A DNA stretch of 33,887 bases from an uncultured Solibacteraceae bacterium. GTDB taxonomy: Bacteria > Acidobacteriota > Holophagae > Holophagales > Holophagaceae. The position numbers and the translations under genes are program-made. The stretch lies in contig CAZVKM010000002.1 in assembly GCA_964627685.1 (NCBI GenBank), positions 1-33,887 of the forward strand. Reading direction: 5' to 3'. Below are positions 23,634 to 30,611 of the stretch, one piece after another. The notes under the pieces were generated by a model. That model had not been told where the DNA came from. It was given only the letters and a program-made list of their open reading frames with translations, and did no database searches. Position 1 is the stretch's first letter. Each line of letters opens with the position of its first letter.

Positions 23634-23768
23634 ATGGCCGCGCCCAGCAAGAACGCCGAGCCCAAGGTCAGCAGCTACATGGTCATGCTGCGGTACCTGG
23701 CCTTCTACCTCTTCTTCTTCGGAGTCCTCTACCTCGTGGGCCTCTTCGGCGAAGTGGCCGAGAGCTAG
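23634..23768 (+). CDS. Tiny single-TM protein (44 aa); below the ORF-track size cut-off
   Basis: My translation: MAAPSKNAEPKVSSYMVMLRYLAFYLFFFGVLYLVGLFGEVAES. AAGGAGA RBS 5 nt upstream. Starts 10 nt after the MvhD-like stop. Confidence 0.5.
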   Translation: MAAPSKNAEPKVSSYMVMLRYLAFYLFFFGVLYLVGLFGEVAES

Positions 23769-23784
23769 GCCAAAGGAGACCGTC

Positions 23785-23961
23785 ATGACCGAGACCCTGG
23801 ATCACCAGACGCCCGAGCAGAACGAGGACGCCCCCATCACCAACCGGGAGATCCTCAAGGAGAACTGGGTGCTCCGCAACGCCCTGATCTTCTTCATCCT
23901 CATGCTGGCGGTGCCCACCATCCTGGCTTGGAAGCTGGGCTGGTTCCTCATCGCGAACTAG
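23785..23961 (+). CDS. Tiny single-TM protein (58 aa); below the ORF-track size cut-off
   Basis: My translation: MTETLDHQTPEQNEDAPITNREILKENWVLRNALIFFILMLAVPTILAWKLGWFLIAN. AAAGGAGA RBS 5 nt upstream. Confidence 0.5.
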   Translation: MTETLDHQTPEQNEDAPITNREILKENWVLRNALIFFILMLAVPTILAWKLGWFLIAN

Positions 23962-23965
23962 GCCC

Positions 23966-23988
23966 CGGGAGCCCCCCGAGGGCTCCCG
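23966..23988 (+). terminator. 8-bp GC hairpin in the 56-nt gap before ccoS (possible attenuator or partial terminator)
   Basis: CGGGAGCC ccccgag GGCTCCCG. No U-tract. It may only be mRNA structure. Confidence 0.25.
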
Positions 23989-24017
23989 CCCCCCTTCTCC
24001 CTTCCCCTGGAGGTCCC

Positions 24018-24215
24018 ATGGATCCCATGCAGACCAAGCTCATGGTCATCACCTTCACGGTGGTGGGCCTGGCCTTCGCCGCCGGCTTCGTGATGGTGGC
24101 CGTGTGGGCCATCCGCGCGGGCCAGTTCAAGGATGTGGAGGGGGTGAAGTACCGGATGCTCGAGGACTTCAACGCCAAGGGCGCCCCGAAGGATGGCGGG
24201 GAGTTCAAGGGCTGA
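24018..24215 (+). CDS. ccoS: cbb3 oxidase maturation protein CcoS/FixS
   Basis: 65 aa with one TM helix followed by WAIRAGQFKDVEGVKYRMLED, matching the CcoS signature W....GQ[FY]DD.eg...R.L.D. GGAGG RBS. The track ORF 23928-24215 is the same frame extended. Confidence 0.8.
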   Translation: MDPMQTKLMVITFTVVGLAFAAGFVMVAVWAIRAGQFKDVEGVKYRMLEDFNAKGAPKDGGEFKG

Positions 24216-24237
24216 GGCCCACGCTCATCCGACCGCC

Positions 24238-24259
24238 GCGGCGCCCTTCGGGGCGCCGC
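24238..24259. terminator. Bidirectional terminator hairpin between ccoS (+) and maf (-)
   Basis: GCGGCGCCC ttcg GGGCGCCGC (9-bp stem, TTCG tetraloop). Confidence 0.65.
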
Positions 24260-24271
24260 ATGCGTTCTGGA

Positions 24272-24898
24272 TCACCTTCCCTTGGGCAGCCCCACCCAGT
24301 CGCTGAGGAGGTCCAGCTCGAACAGCCAGGTGGCCAGCCGCTCCACGGGAAGGCCCATCACCGTGGCGAAGCTCCCCTCCACCCGCTCGATGAAGAGGGC
24401 GCCGATGCCCTGGATGGCGTAGCTGCCCGCCTTGTCCATGGGCTCCCCGGTGGCGACGTACCATCGGGCCTGGGCCTCGGTGAAGGGGCGGAAGAAAACC
24501 TGGGCGGTGTCCACCAGGCTGTGGACCGTCCGGTTCCTGCGGAGGGCCATGCCGGTGTGCACCTGGTGGGCCCGACCCTGGAGGAGCATGAGCATGCGCA
24601 CGGCGTCCTCCACATCCACCGGCTTGTTGAGGGTGTGATGGTCCACGGCCACCGTGGTGTCGGCCGCCAGCACCCAGCGCCCGGGGTTGCGGTTGGAGAC
24701 GACCTCCGCCTTGGTGCGGGCCAGGCGCAGCACGAGGTTCTCGGGATCCTCATCCATGATGGGGGTCTCATCCACGTCGGGGGTCTGCACCTCGAAGGGG
24801 AGGTTCAGGGCCTCCATCCACTGGCGCCGCCGCGGGCTGCCGCTGGCCAGCACCAGGGGGCCGATGATGCGGGTGGTGTCGTGGATCGCTTCGGTCAT
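24272..24898 (-). CDS. maf: Maf-like nucleoside triphosphate pyrophosphatase
   Basis: LVLASGSPRRRQWMEALNLPFEV..PDVDE, KAGSYAIQG and GLPV are classic Maf blocks. The start overlaps the upstream stop (ATGA). Confidence 0.9.
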   Translation of the reverse strand: MTEAIHDTTRIIGPLVLASGSPRRRQWMEALNLPFEVQTPDVDETPIMDEDPENLVLRLARTKAEVVSNRNPGRWVLAADTTVAVDHHTLNKPVDVEDAVRMLMLLQGRAHQVHTGMALRRNRTVHSLVDTAQVFFRPFTEAQARWYVATGEPMDKAGSYAIQGIGALFIERVEGSFATVMGLPVERLATWLFELDLLSDWVGLPKGR

Positions 24899-25416
24899 CG
24901 CAGGCCCCGGGCCTTGAGGTCGCCCGCTCGGGCGCGCATGTGGACGGTCTCGTGATCCTGGGCTTCGGTGAACCCGAGCTTCTCGTAGAGCCGGCCCGCG
25001 TCCCGGGTCTCCAGCACGAACCGCTGGACTCCCACGGTGGCCGGATGCCGCAGCGCCCAGGTGACCAGGGTGGAGGCGACCCCCCGCTTCATCATGTCGC
25101 GGGCGGTGACCACGTCGTAGAGCTTGGCCTCATAGGCGCCATCGGACCAGAGGCGCAGGGTGCCCACGAGGCGGCCCCCACGGCTGCCTCCCCGGGCGGG
25201 ATCGGGAGCCAGGCGGGCGGTGAGCAGGATGCTGCAGGCGAGCAGGCGACGCCACTGCTCCAGGGTGCGGTCCGCCGTCCAGAACACCCCTTCGGCCTGG
25301 AAGAAGGTCTGCAGCTCCCGGGGGTCGACGGTCCAGGTCTCGTCGTCGAAGGCCACGGGGCCCTGGGCGGTGGCGAGGGGATCCGGGCGGAGGTCGGCGC
25401 TCATCGGGATCGCCAT
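24895..25416 (-). CDS. GNAT family N-acetyltransferase
   Basis: Acetyl-CoA-binding style block DVVTARDMMKRGVASTLVTWAL...RFVLETRDAGRLYEKLGF. Start at the ATG at 25416 (or 25404), overlapping the lnt stop. The track's 118-aa Pro/Gly/Arg-rich N-terminal extension was rejected. Confidence 0.7.
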   Translation of the reverse strand: MAIPMSADLRPDPLATAQGPVAFDDETWTVDPRELQTFFQAEGVFWTADRTLEQWRRLLACSILLTARLAPDPARGGSRGGRLVGTLRLWSDGAYEAKLYDVVTARDMMKRGVASTLVTWALRHPATVGVQRFVLETRDAGRLYEKLGFTEAQDHETVHMRARAGDLKARGLR

Positions 25417-26915
25417 GCTAGCACCGCCGCGGCCCCTGCGAGGAGGAGCGTGGCGACGGGGAGGAGGAAGGGGGATCGGGCCGGGGTCCGCACGGGGCGC
25501 CAGCGGAGGGAGAAGGCGTACTCCGCCCGGGAGAGGGGCTCCCCCCAGAGGCCTCCGGTCCCATCCTCGCGGTAGACGCCGCTCATGCCCGTGAGCGTGC
25601 TCCGGAGCAGCGGCACCCCCAGCTCCGCGGCCCGCAGGCGGATCTGGGCCCCATGGAGGCGGGTGGCCGGGCTGCGGTCGAACCAGCCGTCGTTCGTGTG
25701 GTTGGTGAGCAGGTCGGCGCCGCATCCCACCAGACCCTCCCGGGCCCGCTCGGGAAGCAGGGCCTCGCTGCACAGGAGCGGGTGCACCCGGAGGAAGCCC
25801 GTCGAGGTGGGCACGAGGAAGGCCTGCCCCGTGAGCTGACCGGGCTCCTGGCTCAGGATCCCCATCTGCCGATCGAGCCAGTGGCGCAGGGCCGGCGGCC
25901 CCGGGTTCCGCTCCCCGAAGGCCATGGGCACCACCTTCGCCTGGAGGAAGGAGGCCCGTCCAGGCGCCTCTCCGCGCACCAGGTTGTAGGGCCCCCCCTC
26001 CGTGCCGAAGAGCCAGGCCAGGCGACGCCGGGCGGCCGCTGCGGCGAGCTGCGGCTGCGGGCCGAGGTGATCCCGGCCGAGGATGGAGGACTCGGGCCAG
26101 AGCAGCAGCAGGGGGCGGCCCTGTGCGGGCAGCTGCAGGCGCGCCAAGGCGGCGTCCGTCTGCTCCCAGGCGCGGGCCTCCATGCCCGGGAAGCGCTCCC
26201 CGGAGGGGAAGTTGGGCTGGACCATGAGCACGTCCAGGTCCTGGACCGGGCCCCGGGGCAGGGTGTACCAGAGGCCCCCGAGCGCGACCAGGCCGAGGAA
26301 GGCGCCCACCGGGGCCAGGAGGCGCCGGGGGCGTGCCTCCACCAGGCCCGTGGCCGCCGCCATGCCCGCCATCCAGGCCAGGGCGCCGAGGAGGGGGGAG
26401 GGGAGGAAGGCCGCGGCCCGGGCCAGGAAGGGCAGGGCGCCGAAGGCGCTTCCCCAGCTCCAGTCATAGACGTGGAAGACCCAGCGCTCGAAGACCAGCC
26501 ACAGCACCCCCGTGAAGAGGATGCCGGCGCCCCCATGGCGCTTAGCCACCCGGGCGCCGAGCCACCCGGCGAGGGCGGGGCCCAGGGCCTCCCAGGCCCA
26601 CATGAGGGCCGCGGCGCCGAGGGCCGCGGGCTGCGGCAGGCCGCCCTTGGACTGCAGGGTGGCCGGCACCCAGGCGAAGCCCCAGGCCAGGCCCAGGAAG
26701 GGGCCCAGCCAGAGCCAGCCGAAGCCGCGGCCGCGCAGGGCCGCTTCGCAGAGGGCCAGGGGGAAGAGCAGCGCGCAGAGCACCTCCACCCAGCCGCCGC
26801 CGAGCCCCAGGCTCCGGAAGCCCCCCACGAAGAGCAGGCCGAGGATGAGCGCCTCGAAGGCCCAGCGGAGGCGGTCGGCGGTCCTGGGGGTCCCCTCCGG
26901 GGTGGGCGTGGTCAT
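25401..26915 (-). CDS. lnt: Apolipoprotein N-acyltransferase
   Basis: Multiple N-terminal TM helices, then a CN-hydrolase domain with catalytic-triad blocks LLLWPES, KVVPMAFGE and LLCSEAL, and a C-terminal TM helix. Confidence 0.88.
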   Translation of the reverse strand: MTTPTPEGTPRTADRLRWAFEALILGLLFVGGFRSLGLGGGWVEVLCALLFPLALCEAALRGRGFGWLWLGPFLGLAWGFAWVPATLQSKGGLPQPAALGAAALMWAWEALGPALAGWLGARVAKRHGGAGILFTGVLWLVFERWVFHVYDWSWGSAFGALPFLARAAAFLPSPLLGALAWMAGMAAATGLVEARPRRLLAPVGAFLGLVALGGLWYTLPRGPVQDLDVLMVQPNFPSGERFPGMEARAWEQTDAALARLQLPAQGRPLLLLWPESSILGRDHLGPQPQLAAAAARRRLAWLFGTEGGPYNLVRGEAPGRASFLQAKVVPMAFGERNPGPPALRHWLDRQMGILSQEPGQLTGQAFLVPTSTGFLRVHPLLCSEALLPERAREGLVGCGADLLTNHTNDGWFDRSPATRLHGAQIRLRAAELGVPLLRSTLTGMSGVYREDGTGGLWGEPLSRAEYAFSLRWRPVRTPARSPFLLPVATLLLAGAAAVLAWRSR

Positions 26916-27679
26916 CCCAGCCGCCGGGCCACTTCATGGCAGGCGATGCCGCCGGCCACGGCGGCGTTGAGGCTCTCCATGGCCCGGATCGGGATGGCGA
27001 GCCGGCGCACGGAAGCTGGGAGGGGCACGCCTTCCCAGCCGTGTCCCTCATTCCCCACCCAGAGGCGAACGGGGGAGCGGAGCTCCGCTTCCGGGAGGGG
27101 CACGGCGCCGGGACCCCCATCGAGGGCCCACACCTGCCCGCCGTCCGCATCGAGCCGCTCCCTACGGCGCAGGTGCAGGCGGAAGGCCGCGCCCATGGCC
27201 CCGCGAAGGGCCTTCGGGGCGAAGGGGTCCGCACAGCCGGGACCCAGCAGGGCGTCCGTGAAGCCGAAGGCGGCCGCGGAGCGCAACAGGGCGCCGAGGT
27301 TGCCAGGATCCTGCACGCCCCAGGCCCCCAGGGCCCGGGGGCCCACCGGGTGGGAGGCCTCGGGCCCCACCTCCACCTGCAGCACCAGGTCCGGGACCGA
27401 GGGCTGGTCCGTCAGCTCCCGCATGCGGACCTCCGGCAGCACCAGCGTGGGGAGGGGGCGGCGGCGCTCCTCGGGATGCGGGGGCGCCCCCTCGAGGCGG
27501 ATCCAGCCCACGGGGCGGAGGCGCTGGGCGGCCGGGAGATGACCCGCTTCACACCAATCTTCGATGAGCTTGGAACCCAGCAGCAGGGTGTGGGTGCGCC
27601 CCTCCCCGGTGCTCCGGAGCGAGGCCCTCAGGGCCTTGAAGGCGGGGTTCTCCCGGCTGCTGACGAAGTGTCCATCCAC
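26912..27679 (-). CDS. TrmH/SpoU family RNA 2'-O-methyltransferase
   Basis: SpoU motifs GVQDPGNLGALLRSAAAFG, LWVGNEGHGW and IPIRAMESLNAAVAGGIACHE. GTG start at 27679. 4-nt overlap with lnt. Confidence 0.85.
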   Translation of the reverse strand: MDGHFVSSRENPAFKALRASLRSTGEGRTHTLLLGSKLIEDWCEAGHLPAAQRLRPVGWIRLEGAPPHPEERRRPLPTLVLPEVRMRELTDQPSVPDLVLQVEVGPEASHPVGPRALGAWGVQDPGNLGALLRSAAAFGFTDALLGPGCADPFAPKALRGAMGAAFRLHLRRRERLDADGGQVWALDGGPGAVPLPEAELRSPVRLWVGNEGHGWEGVPLPASVRRLAIPIRAMESLNAAVAGGIACHEVARRLG

Positions 27680-27771
27680 CCGTCCAGTGTAGGCAAAAGG
27701 CGCGCTGGGACGGCCCCCTGATCCAAGGTAACCTTACGAACCGTCCACCCATGCACCACCCAGGAGCTTCC

Positions 27772-29835
27772 ATGGCTGACCAGGAGCAGTTCAAACCCTA
27801 TGTGCCCGACGAGGCCCAGGTGGCGGAGTTCACGCCCAAGGCCATCTTCTTCGGCGCCCTGTTCGGGATCATCTTCGGCGCCAGCACCGTGTACCTGGCC
27901 CTCCGCGCCGGCCTCACGGTCTCCGCGTCGATCCCCATCGCCGTGGTGGCCATCAGCCTCCTGAAGAAGTTCGGGGGCAGCACCATCCTCGAGAACAACA
28001 TCGTGCAGACCATCGGCAGCGCCGGCGAGTCCATCGCCGCGGGCGTGGTCTTCACCCTTCCGGGCTTCCTCTTCCTGAGCCCCGGCTCCAACGGCCCCGG
28101 CTTCTTCAACTATTGGACCATCTTCACCCTGGCCCTCATGGGCGGCGTGCTGGGCATCCTCATGATGATCCCCTTGCGCCGCGCCCTCATCGTGAAGGAG
28201 CACGGCGAGCTGCCCTACCCCGAAGGCGCCGCCTGCGCCCAGGTGCTCATCGCCGGTGAGAAGGGCGGCAACCTGGCCAAGACCGCCTACGCGGGCCTGG
28301 GCTTCGGCCTGCTCTACGCGGTGGGCCAGCTCATCGTGAAGGCCATCGCCGAGACCCCCACCTGGGTCTCCAACATGAAGTCCAAGGTCTTCCCCGCCGC
28401 CACGGTGAACGCCAACATCACCCCCGAGTACATGGGCGTGGGCTACATCCTGGGCATCAAGAACTCCGGCCTCCTGGTGGCCGGCGGCGTCATGGCCTGG
28501 CTGGGCCTGATCCCCCTCCTGGCCTCCCTGGTACCCGCCGACGCCATCGCCGCCCAGCTCGTGAAGCTCGGCTACCTGAAGGACGTGGCCGCCGCCGGCG
28601 CCTACGGCTGGAACCCCGCCACCCACGAGTTCGCCCAGCTGAACCGGGCCATCTACTTCGCCTACGTGCGACAGATCGGCGCGGGCATGGTGGCCGCGGG
28701 CGGCTTCATCACCCTCATCAAGACCATCCCCACCATCGTCTCCGCCTTCAAGGGGGCCCTGGGCTCCATGAAGGATGGCGCCGCGGGCGTGGCCGTGAAG
28801 CGCACCGAGAACGACCTGCCCCTCTCCGTGGTGGTCATCGGCTCCGTGGCCCTCGTCATCATCGTGGCCCTGCTGCCCTTCATCCCCGGCGCCGGCTTCG
28901 GCAAGGTGATGCTGGGCCTCCTCATGGTGGCCTTCGGCTTCTTCTTCGTCACCGTGAGCAGCCGCATCGTGGGCATCATCGGCTCCTCCTCCAACCCCAT
29001 CAGCGGCATGACCATCGCCGCCATCATGGCCACCTGCCTCATCTTCGTGGGGCTGGGCTGGACCGGGGACCTCTTCCAGCCCATGGCCCTCTGCGTGGGC
29101 GGCATGGTGTGCATCGCCGCCGCCAACGCCGGCGCCACCAGCCAGGACCTCAAGACCGGCTACATCGTGGGTGCCACCCCCCGCAGCCAGCAGATCGGCC
29201 TCATGATCGGCGCCGTGGCCGCCGCCGTGGTCATCGGCCTCACCATCAAGGTGCTCGACAACGCCCACGTGGATGCCGTGACCGGCCAGATGGTCCACGC
29301 CATCGGCGGCGAGCGCTACCCCGCCCCCCAGGGCACCCTCATGGCCACCCTCATCAAGGGCCTGCTCGCCCACAACCTGGACTGGCAGTTCGTGCTCGTG
29401 GGCGTCTTCTTCGCCGTGACCATGGAGCTCTGCGGCGTGCGCGCCCTGGCCTTCGCCGTGGGCGCCTACCTGCCCCTCTCCACCACCCTGCCCATCTTCT
29501 GCGGCGGCGTGATCCGCTGGATGGCCGATCGCAAGAACGGCGTGAAGGGCTCCGACGGCCACGGCGGCGAGGAGGAGCTGGGCCCCGGCAACCTCTTCAG
29601 CACGGGCCTCGTGGCCGGCGGCGCCCTGGCGGGCGTGCTGGTGGCCATCCTCGTGGCCAGCTCCGACAAGTTCCCCGCCCTGGCCAGCTTCCTCAAGGCG
29701 GTGGACCTGGAGCACACCCTCACCCACGCCCTCGGCGAGAAGGGCTTCGCCCTCCTCGGCGTGGCCGCCTTCGTGCTCATGGGCGTGGTGCTCTTCCGCA
29801 CCGCCACCAAGAACGGCGGCAAGGTCGAGGGCTAG
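27772..29835 (+). CDS. OPT-family oligopeptide transporter
   Basis: AGGAG RBS. EFTPKAIFFGALFGIIFGASTVYLALRAGLTVSASIPIAV... followed by more than 14 hydrophobic helices. Blocks such as ELPYPEGAACAQVL, SQDLKTGY.VGATPR and YLPLSTTLPIF are characteristic of bacterial OPT proteins. Confidence 0.85.
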   Translation: MADQEQFKPYVPDEAQVAEFTPKAIFFGALFGIIFGASTVYLALRAGLTVSASIPIAVVAISLLKKFGGSTILENNIVQTIGSAGESIAAGVVFTLPGFLFLSPGSNGPGFFNYWTIFTLALMGGVLGILMMIPLRRALIVKEHGELPYPEGAACAQVLIAGEKGGNLAKTAYAGLGFGLLYAVGQLIVKAIAETPTWVSNMKSKVFPAATVNANITPEYMGVGYILGIKNSGLLVAGGVMAWLGLIPLLASLVPADAIAAQLVKLGYLKDVAAAGAYGWNPATHEFAQLNRAIYFAYVRQIGAGMVAAGGFITLIKTIPTIVSAFKGALGSMKDGAAGVAVKRTENDLPLSVVVIGSVALVIIVALLPFIPGAGFGKVMLGLLMVAFGFFFVTVSSRIVGIIGSSSNPISGMTIAAIMATCLIFVGLGWTGDLFQPMALCVGGMVCIAAANAGATSQDLKTGYIVGATPRSQQIGLMIGAVAAAVVIGLTIKVLDNAHVDAVTGQMVHAIGGERYPAPQGTLMATLIKGLLAHNLDWQFVLVGVFFAVTMELCGVRALAFAVGAYLPLSTTLPIFCGGVIRWMADRKNGVKGSDGHGGEEELGPGNLFSTGLVAGGALAGVLVAILVASSDKFPALASFLKAVDLEHTLTHALGEKGFALLGVAAFVLMGVVLFRTATKNGGKVEG

Positions 29836-29853
29836 TCCCAGCCTGAATCCCCA

Positions 29854-29875
29854 AGGGGCCCCGCGAGGGGCCCCT
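29854..29875 (+). terminator. Terminator hairpin after the OPT gene
   Basis: AGGGGCCCC gcga GGGGCCCCT (9-bp stem, GNRA tetraloop), 19 nt after the stop. Confidence 0.6.
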
Positions 29876-29894
29876 CGCCGTTTCCGGAGACCCC

Positions 29895-30434
29895 ATGGCG
29901 CTGCTCCCCCCGCTCCTCGTCCTCGCGGCGGCCCTCCTCCTCACCGGGGGCGTGGTCCACTTCGGTCGCCGCAAGCCCGGTTACGCCCACTTCCGGCACA
30001 CCCTCAGCGAGCTGGGGGAGACCGGGGCGCCGGACCAGGGACCCGTGGCCTGGGGCCTCTTCCTCCCCGTGGGGCTCCTGGTGCTGGGGGCGGGCCTCCT
30101 CGCCAGGGGCCCGGCCGCGCCCCTGGCCTTCTGCCTGGCCACGGGCTATCTGGGCGCGGCGGCCTTCCCCTGCGACCCGGGCTCCCCGGCTTCGGGCACC
30201 TGGCGCCAGGGTCTGCACAACCTCGCCGGAGGGGTGGAGTACGTGGGGGGCGGCCTCGTGCTCCTGCGCCTGGGGCAGGGGGGCTGGCCCCTGGGCACCT
30301 GGGCGGGGGGCGCGGTCTTGGGGGCCGCCGGGGCCCTCACCCTCCTCCCGACCTCCCCGGGCCGGGGCCTGATCCAGCGGGTCGCCGAACTGCTCCTCTT
30401 CGGGACCCTGGCCCTGCGGCTCCTCCCCGCCTAA
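29895..30434 (+). CDS. Membrane protein, possibly DUF998-like
   Basis: Five or six hydrophobic helices. The early segment HFRHTLSELGETG resembles the ..TIS.LG.. block I associate with DUF998. Weak call. Confidence 0.5.
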   Translation: MALLPPLLVLAAALLLTGGVVHFGRRKPGYAHFRHTLSELGETGAPDQGPVAWGLFLPVGLLVLGAGLLARGPAAPLAFCLATGYLGAAAFPCDPGSPASGTWRQGLHNLAGGVEYVGGGLVLLRLGQGGWPLGTWAGGAVLGAAGALTLLPTSPGRGLIQRVAELLLFGTLALRLLPA

Positions 30435-30471
30435 AGCGTTTGTTCCGAGGGGTTGGATCCTGAACGCGGCT

Positions 30472-30491
30472 GGCCTCCATTTCCGGAGGCC
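30472..30491 (+). terminator. Hairpin after the membrane-protein gene
   Basis: GGCCTCC atttcc GGAGGCC (7-bp stem), 38 nt after the stop at 30434. Confidence 0.4.
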
Positions 30492-30611
30492 GCTCGGAGC
30501 TTGAGTCCCGGGAATCCTTGTGTGACGGGGCTCAAAAACCGGAGGAAGGGTGGCGCCGATCAATGCCCTGATGCCCTAGGCTCCTGCAGGCTGGGGGATC
30601 CGGAGGTTCCC

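Noticed and set aside
30453-30611. 53-aa N-terminal extension of the hemerythrin-Nfn ORF. Similar track extensions occur on panD, panC, the Rieske gene, the GNAT gene, ccoS and 6549-6644.
   Set aside because: The extensions have atypical composition and no RBS, and they overlap upstream terminators or genes. Each internal ATG or GTG is preceded by a good Shine-Dalgarno and marks the start of family homology.
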